Of a stretch of 64,000 bases of DNA, positions 16,591-30,935 are shown piece after piece; within the stretch, counting starts at the first letter, position 1; each line of letters starts with the position of its first letter. The notes below the pieces were generated by a model, which saw nothing but the letters and a program-made list of their open reading frames with translations, did no database searches and was not told the origin of the DNA. The position numbers were made by a program, and so were the translations under genes. The DNA is from the human T2T-CHM13v2.0 reference genome, Homo sapiens: assembly GCF_009914755.1 (NCBI RefSeq), contig NC_060926.1. The stretch is one strand, 5' to 3'.

Positions 16591-18521
16591 TTCTAGTTTT
16601 ACAACTTTTTTTTTTTTTCCCTCTTGATGTATGACCTAATGTTGGAAATCCTACTCTGTTTCTGCTTACTCTTTCAAGTTTTGAACACACATTGATGGTT
16701 TTTCTCTTGTATTTTTCATTTTTTTCCTTTATTTAGGGCTTCAGTCAAGTTCAGTGTCAAATTTCATACTTATATCCTGAGTGTCTTTGAGGTCAGAGAA
16801 TGGATCTTATATTTTTAATATTTTTTACCAAATTTGGCATGGTACTGAGCATACATTTGTGTTCACAAATACCTTTTAAGCCAACAAAATAAAGAATTTA
16901 GCTAATATATAAAGTAATATATGAATAGAAAATGTTAACCTTACAAAAATAAATCAACATTTAGAAGACAATTTAGGGGGATAAATCTGACTTAGTACAG
17001 TATATTAAATATATTAGTTGATTTTTAACAATACATGAGCTGGTACTTTGTTTAACGTACTTAATACAGGGAAATTTTTCAGCCCTCAAACGCAAACAGA
17101 ACCAAACACCTTACCACGATGTTACTATTCACATGAAAATTGACTAATATATCTGGAGGCTACTGAATAAAGTCATGATTTGAGAGTCAAGTGAGATCCA
17201 TAATGAAAGTAGCTAAAATACCACAAGATATCGAAGCCCAACTTGTTTCCTTCAGATTCCAGAGCACGTATCAGTGTGTGTTCAGAATACAAAGGTAAAA
17301 AGAGTCTCTCACATTCACCACTGAATCCTGACTCAGGTCAGTTTCCAGCAGATTGCCACAACCATCAGCTTCTGCAGCTGCCTCTTAACAATTTCCTAAG
17401 TAACTCTCACAGCTGCATAGTAAAATGTTGGAGGGCTCACGGAAGCACAGCTGTGCTCCCAGACACAGCTGCACACCAGAAAAATTACTGGGTGGGGCTA
17501 TACTTAGCAAATGCCACCCATTGTTATAGGCCCAAACTAATGGAGACTAGGAACTTGGTTTGCATGAGCACAGTACCTTTGAGGTTAGTAGCAGAGGGCA
17601 TAAATCCACAAAGTTGTATTAGGAGCTGTTGTCCAGTTTCAGAATGGAAAATTGAGTTCATTTTCTCTCTTTCCCACACAATACGCACACACTCACACAC
17701 AGAGACACACACACATGCTCTATTTTGTTCTGTTTCTTTGTGGAGTTAATCTCAGTGGATTATCACTTTAAATGACACTAGTTTGAGTCTGCATTGACCC
17801 TGAAGGAAGCTTTACGCACTGATCAGCTACACCAAAAGAAAAAAAAAAAGCAAGAGTAAAGAAAGCTTAAACTTTCCATGTATGGAGCCAAGAAAGCACA
17901 AACTAAACTTGCACAGATAACAACCACTTACTCAGTCTTTAAGTAACAACTAACTTGGATAGCTACTGAGCCAACATTCATTCAGCAAAATACGACATGT
18001 CTACAATATGCAAGGCAATTAAGCAACAAATCTTAGGTTTCATCCATTGATAAAGAAAAAAGCATTAAAAAGAATGTTGGTAAAAATATGTCTTATATTA
18101 ATGAATTTAAAAGCATAGTCTGTGTAACTTTGTGAAAGATGCCTTCCAGATACATTCTTATATGTTTTAAACAAATAAGAAGTTTCAAGTTAGCAAGTTT
18201 TTAGTCCATATGTATGCTGCTACCAGGGTTTTTTAAAATCATGTATGGTGTACCTGATGCTTTGGAAAGTTTTTTAAAAAAATGTTTACAGATTTAATTT
18301 ATTCTGAAGTTTGCATTCAAAAGAGCAATTAAATCACAATATTTTACTTAGGTTTGTTTCCATCATTAGAGAATCCCAAACACATCACAAATTACAATTA
18401 TTTTTCTCAAAATCTATTTGAAGTGACAAATACAATAACTATTTAATATATGGGTAAAATGATACCTATAAGTCAAATGACACAAATGTTGAAATGGTGA
18501 ATGGAGATACTGGGTTGGTAA

Positions 18522-18877
<356 letters not shown>

Positions 18878-20317
18878 TTGACTTTTTTCTTTATGGTAAC
18901 TATTCCCTCATTGTTTCTTAGAGTGCTGTTTGGTTTTGCCTGCGATTGCTGTTGTGGCAATTCCTGGATTTATCTTTCTGTCCTATGTACTAATGCCCCA
19001 TTTGGTTTTTATTTGAGGTGCATAAATGTGCTGGGTAGGGAGCTGGCTACATCAAACTACAGAAGAGGCCTCTGTCAGAATTTATCTATCAATCTCTGTG
19101 CAATGAGTTGTGCAGGGAGTCTTGCTTTAAAATCAAATCAATTTAAAAACAGATTGACAGTAACTAGCAAAATATTCAGTTATATATACGGAGAAAACAT
19201 TCATTTGCGATGCCCACATTTTATATGTCTCAATTGACATTAGCATTTTTTCTCTATTCTGTACACACATTTATGTAATGTTGTCATTATGAGTTCATCA
19301 GTTATTCCATTAACAAAAATATTCTCTTTCCTGCTTTTTCCTGGCACAGGTTTTGTTCCTCCTCCCTTCCCACATATGTGCTCTTCCAGTAACTAATCTC
19401 TGCAACCCTGGCAGTAAGAATATGCAATGTTTAGTGTGAGAGTTAAAAGAAAGATGGAAGCATAAGTGCCAGTCCTTTTGCTCTAAAGCACAGAATTTAA
19501 TCATACCTCACTCCTTGCTACAAAAGTCTTTCCTCATTAGGTTTATTTTAAACATAACTATCTCTACTAGAAATAACCACGTTGCTACACGTTAGAATAT
19601 AGATGAGATTTGAAGAGCAGGCTTGTGTAACTTTAGCAATAACGTAAACTGCAGACTGCTCTATGAATGGGAGCATTATGGGGATGGATGTTTTGATGCA
19701 ATTGAAATAAAAACCTTGAACTTTTGCCCCTCTCTCAAACTGATGATCATGCAAGAGGAGATTATGATGAAGGTCAGAAAGGAAAACAGAGATTTATAAC
19801 TGAATCTTCACTTAGATTGAAGGAGGAAACATTTACACCCAATACTCTTTACACTAAAGCCTGAAGAACAGTGACTTAAGTGAGTAAATAAATCCAGTGG
19901 AGAATCTGGGAATTGTAGCCATGTTTGTCTCCCAATTCAGCATTAAGTGTTTTCCTTTTACGATTACAGGAGGCTCTGGGAGGGTTTATAGTGGAAAACT
20001 AAGACTTAACTTCAGTAAAATTCCATAATAAACACGAATAGTCACATAACTTTTTGACAGAAGAAATGGGATAGCAAAGACATAAAATAATTAGTAAATG
20101 AGGCAAGTGAAGAAAGCTTCAACTGACATGTAGCATTTGGCGTAGAAGACAGGGATTTGAAAATTTTAATTAATCTTTTCATCTAGATTGAGATTATGGC
20201 CACATACTCTTTGCATTTCTTTAGAAATAAAAAAACCTTACACACACATACATATAATATATACCATAGTACATACATTTACACACACATATAAACACAC
20301 ACATACATATATACATT

Positions 20318-20654
20318 CAATTGTGTGTTGCTTAACAACAGGGATATGATCTGATAAATGCATTGTTAAGCAATTTGGTCACTGTGCAAACATCATAGAG
20401 TATACTTTTACAAACATAGGTGGTATGGCTTACACCACACCTAGGCTATAGGGTTAGCCTATTGCTCTTAGGCTACAAGCTTGTATAGCATGTTACTGTA
20501 CTGCATACTGTAAGCAATTGTAACACAATGGTAAGTATTTGCATATCTAAATATAGATGAGGTATGGCAAAAATGTAACATTATAATCTCATGGAACCAC
20601 TGTCATATACGTGGTCTGTTCTTGACCGAAACATTATTATGCAGCACATGACTG
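20318..20654. mobile_element. Tigger3a-like DNA transposon, flanked by CA/TA/TG microsatellites
   Basis: cacacctaggctata..cctattgctcttaggctacaa..gcagcacatgactg terminus. Confidence 0.85.
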
Positions 20655-20719
20655 TAAATACTTACTATAATATATACATGTATGTGTATATACACACACA
20701 CCTTAGAATGTGTTATATA

Positions 20720-20752
<33 letters not shown>

Positions 20753-21320
20753 GTATTTTGCTAAAAGAAAACATGTGATGGTTATGACTGCTAAGCACTT
20801 AGAATGGATTACCAGAAAAGGTCGTGAAAATTCATTTTTAGAATTCATTTTTTAGTTTCATATTTGCCTGAACATATTTAGATCCCAAGAGAGGGGTTAA
20901 ATAGCTAAACTTTAGTGCTTCCAGTTAAGTTTTTAGGGATATAATAATGTCCTAAATCATGAAATCCTGATGGTTGATCTTACCACGAGCCTCTAGTCAA
21001 GAGATGAAGGCAAATGCTTTTGTTACACATTGGTCCAGAGGACAATTTAATTCAAATTGCTTAGCCACTTATGGAGTTACTTTCCCCATTTTTATAAGAA
21101 ACCCAGAATAGACTTGAATAATATAATTAGTATACTGGGAAACTTACTGTCCAAAATCAACATATACAAATTTTTCACTGCTTTAAAAAAATAATAACTC
21201 TGCTAATGGTTAAGGGTAGCTTATAGGTCTGAAAGTTTTCAGCCAATTCTTTGTGTCTTTCACTCTAATTCATCACTAGTTTGCCAACCACTATTAAAAC
21301 ACTTTCACTTCTAAATGTAA

Positions 21321-21410
21321 AGGCCCATATCCTGACATTGATCCAAGTGCGGAACTCCCATTGAAGTCGATGAGAGTGTTGTATAGAAATCAATGACAGG
21401 ATATGGACCT
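21321..21410. repeat. 90-bp palindromic element resembling ancient amniote hairpin repeats (MER133-like)
   Basis: Outer 22-bp arms match 20/22; core actcccattgaagtcgatgagagt. Confidence 0.7.
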
Positions 21411-22235
21411 CAAGGCTGGACCATCTCTCCCCTGGAAACTTTTTTCATTGACACTCAGAAATTTGAGGGTATTACAAGAAACAAGATACAGAAAGCATTT
21501 GCACAATGAGCTCCAGGGTTCTGGCAAAGTTTATGGTGGGTTGGATGGCAATTGTGTTTTTAAAAGAGGGTGGTGGGGTTGTGAAATTTCCAATTTCACC
21601 AGTGATGTGCTTGACTAGAATTTCTTCTCTCACTATGCAGGTGAACAGGCCCTTTTAATCACTTCTGTTTTGGCAAAGACACCATCTTCCAAACCAAATG
21701 AGTTCTTTTTCCAGCTCTAATGTCTGAATTGGCAACCATAAAATACTTTACAAAGTGTACTTTCTACTCAAAACATGAATAATATTGAACATTTTATAGT
21801 CTAATTTCTAATAAACTGTGTAAATTGTTCTGCCATGCCAAAATTTCTAGAAATCATCATTATGATTTAAATTGAGTCGTTCTTCCAGTGAATGCAAAGC
21901 ATTTGGGTCATATTACAGGTAATTCTTCCATTTTTGCAAACGTTCTTCAACATAGTTTTCAAAGACTTTTAAAAAAATGCAAACATTAAAACATACTTAA
22001 ATTCATCCCTCTTTCACCACCACTGTCATATCCCTGCTCCTTTAACCCATAAATATGAAGAAAATAGAAAGTTACAATATGTGTTTGGTCTACTTCAAGT
22101 TTTAAGTAAGTCAGGTATTAGTTTTTTAAAGGATCGCTGTGATTAATTTTGCTGCTCATAATATTAACCCATGTTTAAAGTGAACAAGACTTGGCCTTCG
22201 TTTCCTTCTAGGCCAACTTGGGGAGTTGTCTGGGC

Positions 22236-22610
22236 TCAATGGTTTTCAAGTTTTAGCTCACTGTAGAATCGTCTAGAGGGCTTGTTAAAATGCAGGTTGC
22301 TAGGCTCTACCCCTAAAGTTTCTGATTCAGTAGCTCTGGGGAAAGCACTGAAATTTTTCATTTCTAACAAGTTTCCAGGTGATGCTGATACTGCTGGTCT
22401 AGGACCAGATGTTAAGAAACACTGATCGACATATCTCAAACTTTAGCAGGTATAAGAATCACCTGGGAAGCTTTTAAAATTGTGTCACCCATCTTCCCAC
22501 AGCCCTAATTTAAATTAAGCAGTTCTGGGGTAGGGCTTGGGCATTCTCTTTTTAATAAACATCACAGGTAGTTCTGATGCAGTTGGTCATAAAACATTCT
22601 TTGAGAAAAA
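22236..22610. mobile_element. Two adjacent MER5-type hAT MITEs (MER5A plus MER5B-like)
   Basis: gtttctgattcagtag..tttctaacaagtttccaggtgatgctgat; agaatcacctgggaagctttt. Confidence 0.85.
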
Positions 22611-23329
22611 AATACTCCTGAGTCCCTTCTAGCTGTGAAACACTATGATTCCTTTTTTACGAGTCAAATGAAGAAGGCTAACAGCCGAGGGACAGAAATC
22701 AGACACCAGGGGCAAAGACATCTTAGAGGTAATGGAAAAAGCGGCCCTAGACAGATAACTTTTTAGATTCTGGCAAGAACCAGTGACCAGATCACCCAAC
22801 ATCCTAGACAAATCCTTTGTAGCATTTTGTGTATTTGTAATTATATGATTTTTATTAAGTTTTGCTTAACTGTAATAATATATATAATGCCTATTTTGTC
22901 AATACACAATAAGATAACTGAGTTTCATCATTTTTTAAATTCACCTTTATATCTGACTATCAGGTCTGATGTATGTAACACATTTGAGTTGGAGCTCCTT
23001 TCTTTGGCATAGGAACAGTAGGCTCCTTCCTTTCTACTATATAGAGAAATCCTATAGATGGAGATTCAGTAGAGTTTATAAAATTACTTTGAAGTATTTT
23101 CATTAAGTCTCTACTTGGAAAGGGGTAGCACAGCTATTAATTTATTAACAAGATTCTATATACATGTTAGGATTATAGAGTCCAATGTTTCTAATTTATT
23201 ATCAATTGCTTTGGGAAAAGTTGATTTGCATGAGAATGTGCCCTTTGCCTCCCTAGGCTGTCAAGAGAACCACTCAACACCCTTGACCCCCTCAGTTCTT
23301 CAAAACAACACCATTTGTAAGAACCATAA

Positions 23330-23694
23330 TGATATGGTTTGGCTCTAGGTCCCCACCGAAATCTCATCTCAAATTGTAATCCTGACGAGTTCAAGGAGGG
23401 TCCTGGTGAGAGGTGATTGGATTGTGGGGGCAGTTTCCCCCATGCCGTTCTGATGATAGTAAGGGAGTTCTCACGAGACCTGATGGTTTTAAAAATGGCA
23501 GTTTCCCTTGTGCACACCCTCTCTCCTGCCACCATGTGAAGAAGATGCTTGCTTTTCCTTCACCTTCTGCACAATTGTAAGTTTCCTGAGGCCTCCCCAG
23601 CCGTGTGGGACTGTGAGTCAATTAAACCTCTTTTATTTATGAATTACCCAGTCACAGGTATTAGCTTTATAGCAGTGTGAAAATGGACTAATTA
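23330..23694 (+). mobile_element. MaLR MSTA-like solo LTR
   Basis: tgatatggtttggctc..gtaagtttcctgaggcctcccc..ctgtgagtcaattaaacc. Confidence 0.92.
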
Positions 23695-24703
23695 GTTTTT
23701 GACTTAATGGTAAAATAAAGGTTTCCTTCCAAATTCAGAGCACTAGCTCTTCTGTTAAGTCCCCGAACACAGAGAAAATAACATTTTCTGTGTTTCAGTT
23801 CTTCATGTGGTAAGTGAGAATGTTGTTGGATTAGATGATTACTAAGAAGAGGCCACTTCCCTTTCAAATTTTTTATAATATATGATTTAGAACTATAAAA
23901 TTGATCCAAATGTTTATCATGTCAAAGATTTTATTATAATGCACATTTAATATTTATTTGATATTATAAATGATTTTATTCTTATTTAGTCTCAAACTGT
24001 TTTCATATTTCTTTTTATCTAAAAATAAAGTATTCCTCTGTCCTGACCATTTATTAGCATTCTTCACATTATGATTACCTACTAATTAATTTTCTTGATT
24101 TATCAGAAGGGTTGGGTATCAGAAATTAATTTCTCTGATTATTTGTATATTTTTCATATACTACATAATTCCCTGTGAGTGCTATAATTGTAACCCTTTA
24201 TAATTGACAGACATTAATTACTAAAATTGTACTAGAATTTCCATATAATTTTATATCAGAGCCACATGAATACTGAATACATTCATCATGTTTAGAATAC
24301 CAATGAAGGAAATTAATTTCCAGCTATTAAAATATGCAAGACTCATATGAACATAAGAAAGAGATATACAGATTCCTGAGTCCTATGTCGCAAGTAAAAT
24401 GTCCATGTGTGTTCAGCTACACTAAATCTAGAGCACTTGTTCTCCATTCACTAAAATTAATGCAGCTGTCTCTTAGTAGAGGGTTCAGAAAAGTGGAAGA
24501 AGGCAAGAGCCAAATTACAAAAAGGCTCCTAGCAGAGGGTAGAGAGTACAGAGTAATACTTTTTTCCTTAAGCAACTCTTCTTCTAGACATCCCTATTTC
24601 TGCAGTTCTCCCAAGCATCCAGGCTTACAATCTCAGAAGTATTTTCAGCTTCCTATTGTATGGAACACATTCTATCCATTCAGCTGCCATAGTCTCTTTT
24701 TAG

Positions 24704-24875
24704 ACCAGTATTTCTTAACTTGGGGTACCTGGATGACCTTACAGGATATGTAAACCTCCTGAAATTACATGTAAAATTGCATACCTCACGTATAGACTCT
24801 CTTTCTGAGGAAAGGGTTTACTGCTTTTATCAGATTCTCAAATAAGACTAACACCCAAAATGTTTAAGAGCCACT
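24704..24875. mobile_element. hAT-Charlie-type MITE
   Basis: cagtatttcttaac..ttaagagccact termini. Confidence 0.55.
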
Positions 24876-24899
24876 AAGCCAAACTATTTCTTCTTTTTT

Positions 24900-26130
24900 C
24901 AATTTCACTGCCACCAAGCAAGCCCAGGTCCAGTGGTCTTCCTGTTGAACATTACATTTCCTTACATCCAGACTCCTGGCTCCAGTTTCTTGTCATCTTA
25001 ATCTATCCCATATGAAGTTGTCAAAGTCATCTTCCTGAAGCTCATAAGCAGCCATGACACTCTCCTGGTCACTAACTTTCAGTGCTCCTCTATTGCCACT
25101 GAATAAAGTCCAAATTCCCTGGGTACAGACACCATATCTTATTCATGTTTGTATCCTCAATATCTACCTAGCTCAAGAGAGTCTAGCTTTTGATCCTTGA
25201 TATAGTCTGGCTCTGTGTCCCCACCCAAATCTCATCTTGAATTGTAATCTGAATTGTAATCCCCACATGTTGGGAGAGAGACCTTGTGGGAGGTGATTAC
25301 ATCATGAAGGTGGTCCCCCCATGCTGTCCTAGTGATAGTGAGAGAGTTCTTATGAGATCTGATGATTTTATAAGGAGTTGCTCCTCACTTCACTCTGCAC
25401 TTCACCTTCCTGCCACGACGTGAAGAAGGATGTGTTTGCTTCCCCTTCCACCATGATTGTAAGTTTCCTGAGGCCTCCCCAGCCATGCAGAACTGTGAGT
25501 CAATTAAACCTCTGTCCTTTATAAATTACCCAGTCTTGGGTATTTCTTCATGGCAGCATGAGAACAGACTAATACAATCTTGATGTCAGAAACTTTCTGT
25601 GTCCCAGCTCCAACCTATCCTTCCAGGTATCTGTCTTAATTTCCTTTCACAGATTCTATGCTCCAACCAATTCAATAATTTGACCTTCTGCCAGTTCGCC
25701 AAATACAATCTGTGTTTTCTTTCTTTCTTTGCATCTTTTCCTCAAAGTTTCTTCTGTGTGTTTGGGGTGCCTTCCTGACCTCTCCTCACCCAGACCATTT
25801 CTACCTGATGAAACCTTATCTATCCTTCAAAGCTAAAACAAATGTTTCTTCATAAAGCCTTCTAAGGGCTCTCTCCCTGTGAGAAATAATCCCTTTCTTC
25901 TCTAAACTCTTTGTACATTTCTGAGGACTTTATATTTAAAAGCACAGAGCACTCAAATTTTAATATTAAAAAAATTTCATAGTTTATATTTTATATTAGA
26001 TTGTACATTCCTTAAAGGCAAGGGTTGGGTTTTATTTATTTTTCTCTTCCATATATACCTAGCATAGTTTTGCACACCATGATATTCAACAAGTATTTGC
26101 TGAAGAAATGAATGAAAGAATAAATGAATA
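24900..26130 (+). mobile_element. L2 fragments interrupted by the THE1 LTR
   Basis: aataaagtccaaattcc; tatccttcaaagct; tagattgtac..cctagcatag; ending tgctgaagaaatgaatgaa. Confidence 0.65.
25198..25576 (+). mobile_element. MaLR THE1D-like solo LTR
   Basis: tgata..actaataca termini; 5-bp TSD atcct/atctt; inserted in L2. Confidence 0.93.
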
Positions 26131-26683
26131 CAGGGTCATTAATTTTTCAGATGATTCAGATTATGATGAGAGGTCAGTTCTCATTTTACTGATGAAGAAT
26201 GTGAGGTTGAGAGAGGGAGAGATACAAGGTCACAGAGCCAGTGAGTGGTCAGGGAATGCTAGAGCTTGGGTATTTGGACTTGGTCCAAGTCTCTGTCCAT
26301 AAAACAATGATGCTGTTTAATTGGAAAAGAAAATGCACTTAGATATTTTCCTTTTAAGCAAATATAATCTTGTTTTTATAAGTTTAAATGTTGACTGTGC
26401 CACTTATTATCTATGTGACTAAGTATTTTATTTAATTTTCTTATCTATTTTGAGGGTCTAAACTTACTGTTCTCTAAACTTCCTTCCAGCTGTGAAATTT
26501 GAATTGCTTATATAACATCATTCCTCTTTTTCTCCAGCAAAGAAGGTAAACTTCCCCAGGGTTCTCCAAGTACATGATGTCCCATCTTCCATTCTGTATT
26601 CTATATGAAGCTTGGTTATCAATAGATAATGGTGACAAATACAATAGATGGGGTCAAAGAATTCATGTGTAAAAAAACCCTAC

Positions 26684-27445
26684 ACTGGCCATCAGAGAAA
26701 TGCAAATCAAAACCACAATGAGATACCATCTCACACCAGTTAGAATGGCAATCATTAAAAAGTCAGGAAACAACAGGTGCTGGAGAGGATGTGGAGAAAT
26801 AGGAACACTTTGACACTGTTGGTGGGACTGTAAACTAGTTCAACCATTGTGGAAGTCAGTGTGGCGATTCCTCAGGGATCTAGAACTAGAAATACCATTT
26901 GACCCAGCCATCCCATTACTGGGTATATACCCAAATGACTATAAATCATGCTGCTATAAAGACACATGCACACGTATGTTTATTGTGGCACTATTCACAA
27001 TAGCAAAGACTTGGAACCAACCCAAATGTCCAACAATGATAGACTGGATTAAGAAAATGTGGCACATATACACCATGGAATACTATGCAGCCATAAAAAA
27101 TGATGAGTTCATGTCCTTTGTAGGGACATGGATGAAATTGGAAACCATCATTCTCAGTAAACTATCGCAAGAACAAAAAACCAAACCCCGCATATTCTCA
27201 CTCATAGGTGGGAATTGAACAATGAGATCACATGGACACAGGAAGGGGAATATCACACTCTGGGGACTGTGGTGGGGTCGGGGGAGGGGGGAGGGATAGC
27301 ATTGGGAGATATACCTAATGCTAGATGACACGTTAGTGGGTGCAGCGCACCAGCATGGCACATGTATACATATGTAACTAACCTGCACAATGTGCACATG
27401 TACCCTAAAACTTAGAGTATAATAAAAAAATAAATAAATAAATAA
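26684..27445 (+). mobile_element. 5'-truncated L1HS, pre-Ta subfamily (ORF2 C-terminus, 3'UTR, poly-A)
   Basis: ORF 26847-27218 is the ORF2p C-terminus; diagnostic ACG at 27330-27332 and G at 27415; TSD aaaaaaaccctac at 26671-26683 and 27446-27458. Confidence 0.96.
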
Positions 27446-30400
27446 AAAAAAACCCTACGAAGATAAAGATAAAAACTTGATAAAGATTAGAACTTAGAGA
27501 CAGGGTTTTTAAGAGTATTTAAGACCTTTAAAACTTTAAATAGAGGAAAAGCCTAATTCTACAGATCTGATAAATAACCTATGTGTTTCTATTATGGGAA
27601 GCTCTCATATGGCTCTTCACCTTGATAAATATGTATAGCAAAACAAAGGTTACAACCAAATGGCTCTGAGTTCCACCCAACAATGAATAGGGAAACTATT
27701 TCTTGTTCATTCTTAATAAACCAAATATGAATAGAAAATTATTCTACCCCCTACCCCCAGAGTAAATGATAATCCATGCTCTCAGTATCTCATCCATGTA
27801 TAGGTTTTCAGATATGAATACCTGCTAACAAGTCATGCACATAGAAAATATAAACTTGGTTCACTCTATTTTCACTTTGTTTCCCACACACTGCACTGTG
27901 GTTTCTTCCAATTGACATGTTCCACCCAAAAAGGCATCTTTACTTCACTCAATTCCTACACAAAGTTCTAGGCAAAATCTGGTATTACCACTCAGTCAGT
28001 TCTGTAATGACCTATCTCATACAGTACTTTATTTTAGTGAACCTTATATGAAGCCCTTAATGCTTAAAAAGGCCCACACTCTTTCCTTGATAATAGATGT
28101 TTATTATGTGCATAGTCTTCAAGAGGACATGATTTTCCTTCTTTTAAAGGCAGCATACACTAGAGGAGACAATATGGTTCTTATTCCAATAAGAGCGTAG
28201 CAGAATCCAATAAGGAAAAGCTACTGGGTGAGATGAGCACTATAAATAAACAAATTGGCCCACTTATTCGCCAAGAGACCAAGAGGAACCCTTTAAGATC
28301 TTTAGATTTAGCAAAGGAAACAAAGTCTCTTGCTTTCTAAATCTGTTTCACAAATTTATGACTTTCCCTCAGGACACATTGATTTTCAGTTCACTAGGTA
28401 TCAGAGTCTTTAAATCAAATCTAACTTATTGTGTTTTTCTGTCATATAGGAGCCTGAGCAAAATAATAACAGGTGATCATGAGAGAAATTAATCCTCAAT
28501 GTCATTTTGAAATAGAAACAGCCTATGACTCAAAAAGCTGCCCCATTCAAAAGTAGCTGTTTTATTATTATATTCTTCTAGAAGATCAAACAACAATGGA
28601 GATAAACTAATAAGTTATTAAGATAAGTGTGTAGATGTCTATGCACACACAGGTAATTTGTGGTTTTTTTTAACATATATAGATGTAGATTAGATATAGA
28701 TATAGACACACACACATACACATACATATGGATATACTTGGATTTGCATGCATTATCCTCTTCAGAGTATAAATCTCTCTACATATGCATGCATATGTGG
28801 ATATATATGTAATAAGATAAATACACAAACACACATCACCAGCCAGAAAGAAAACTGAGTTTTAAACTGTGATAAGCCCTAGGCCAACTGGTAGTACTCA
28901 ATTCCTAATCCTGTAACACAGAATAAGTCACTACCACTCTTTTACCGGTTGTAACATAGTTGCAGTCCATTTTGTTACTCAATTCTAATTGTACCAAAAA
29001 CTGAGATGTGAGGGCCAGGTGACATGGTGCCTTAAAGGTAGTTGTGGCAATCATGTAAAGTAACTCCTGGAGTTTTGGGGTGATATGGTTGGGGTATAGG
29101 AATCTTAATAATTCCCATGTGGGCTATGCAAGACCTAGCAGGACTTCACCCCAGACAGGAAAAATGACCTCCCACCATCCAAGCCCCGTTTTCCAAGGAG
29201 AGTACGCATATGTGGGATTCTTAGTCTCTAAACTTCCCTAGTCTTATATCCTTTGTATTCCCTAAACTTCTCACAATAACATATAACTTGTATGAAACGT
29301 GTTAAGTGTTGGTATGCCCATTTTTTTGTCAACCTTTGCAGGACTAATTCATTATTGGGTTTAATTTAAGATCACATTAGGAAAAAAAAGAATCAAAATG
29401 ACATCAGTTCAATAAGAATTATGTAAGCCTCTCAGATACTTTTTTTTATCATATATATAACTTAAATTATACAAAATGGCCAATTTAGTGTAATTCTACC
29501 TATATTTCAGCTGGGTCCATCATATTGTGATAATGGATAGGTGTTTTGTTTATTTGTTTGTTTGTTTTCCCGTGCAAGGAAATCTGATTCTCCACTTAGG
29601 ACTAAAGCAAGTTGGGTAGAGAGAATGATAGATCTGTCCAAGTCATCCAATTTGTAACTTTTAATGAATGCAATGTTTACACAAATGCTTAAAAACAAAA
29701 GCTGAAAGGAAACTGCAGAGAGATGAGAGGAACTCCGAGAAGGTGGTGCCAGATGAATTGACCTCCAGGAGCTAAATGGCTAAATATGGTAAGTGCCTTA
29801 ATCACCTAGTTCAAAGAAAGGAGACTTGGCTTTGCATTGGTTATGGAGCTGAACTTTGAGAAACAGGTGGAACAGAGAGGTAAATAAGAGGTAAAAGGGA
29901 GAGTCTGAGCAAAGGTTTGAAGGTGTACAAGCCAGAGTAGTCTATAGAAAATTCAAGAATTTCTAGGTTAAAGAATCTGAATATTAATCAGTCAGTAATG
30001 GGGTGCTATTGAAAGTTTCTAAACAAAGGAGAGCATGTATTTCAGTGTAAATTAATTTGTAGAAGGTATATAAAGTGAATCAGCAGGGACAAGTTTAAAG
30101 CCAAGAGGCTGTTGCATTTATCCAAGGAAATAAGAGCCATACCTGAACCATAGTAATAGAAATTGATAATCAATGAATAAAAGAATGAAACAAATGAGAT
30201 TCTGTATTCATAATTTAAATCCAGGAGAATATACTTGATCTATGCTTTCCATTTCATAATTATAAATTGAAAATTCTATGAGATTTTGGACTGAATGTTT
30301 TTAATTTGAAGTGTTGTCTTCAGTTGACAAACACGTCTCAAAGAGAGAACTGCCTATAACATTTTATGTTACAATGAATTATGTTATCATTTCATATTGG

Positions 30401-30529
30401 ATGCACATAATGTAACAAGAATAACATTGAAGAGGGTCTGAGCTGACTTCTCCGTGCCTCCTTTAATGAAAAATGCAGGAACCTTACAAAATAATCACCA
30501 CATCAATTAGGGATTGTGTTCAATTGTTA

Positions 30530-30935
30530 ATATCAAAGAAGTAACCGAAACAGAGATTTATTTTCTCACAGGTAAAAGGAGTCTAGTGCAAGTATTACCA
30601 TCTTACAATGTTACTGGTGTTTCACGGCCCTTATTATTCTGCTTCATCACCCTTCTTGTGTGGCCTGGATCTTCATGGCTATTACATACTTCCTGAGATT
30701 CTGGCCAGCATATCTATATCCCAGGCAGAAAGAAGGCAGTACCCTTTTAAATCACCTCCAAAGCCCTTCCCACTGACTTGTACTTATGATTCCTTGGTCG
30801 TACCTATGAGAAAGGGAAAGCTAGGCAGTACACTCTTCTAAATGGGTTGCTCCCGCCATGAATAAAACCAGGTTATGTTAGTAAGGCAAAAGGGGAGAAT
30901 AGCTATTGGCTGGGTCACTAGAAGTCATTGCCAAA
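30530..30935 (-). mobile_element. Old MLT1 (J/K-like) LTR
   Basis: gatttattttctcaca..gttagtaaggcaaaaggggagaatagctattgg. Confidence 0.6.

Noticed and set aside
17243-17749. 168-aa ORF in unique sequence
   Set aside because: Non-ATG start, runs through a CA repeat, no recognisable domain or exon structure
26847-27218. 123-aa ORF with a real protein sequence
   Set aside because: It is the C-terminal fragment of L1 ORF2p in a 5'-truncated, promoterless copy with an upstream in-frame stop; not a host gene
29511-29794. Possible plus-strand exon (tttcag acceptor ~29510, ATG|gtaagt donor at 29788)
   Set aside because: No supporting reading frame or partner exons; such sites are frequent by chance
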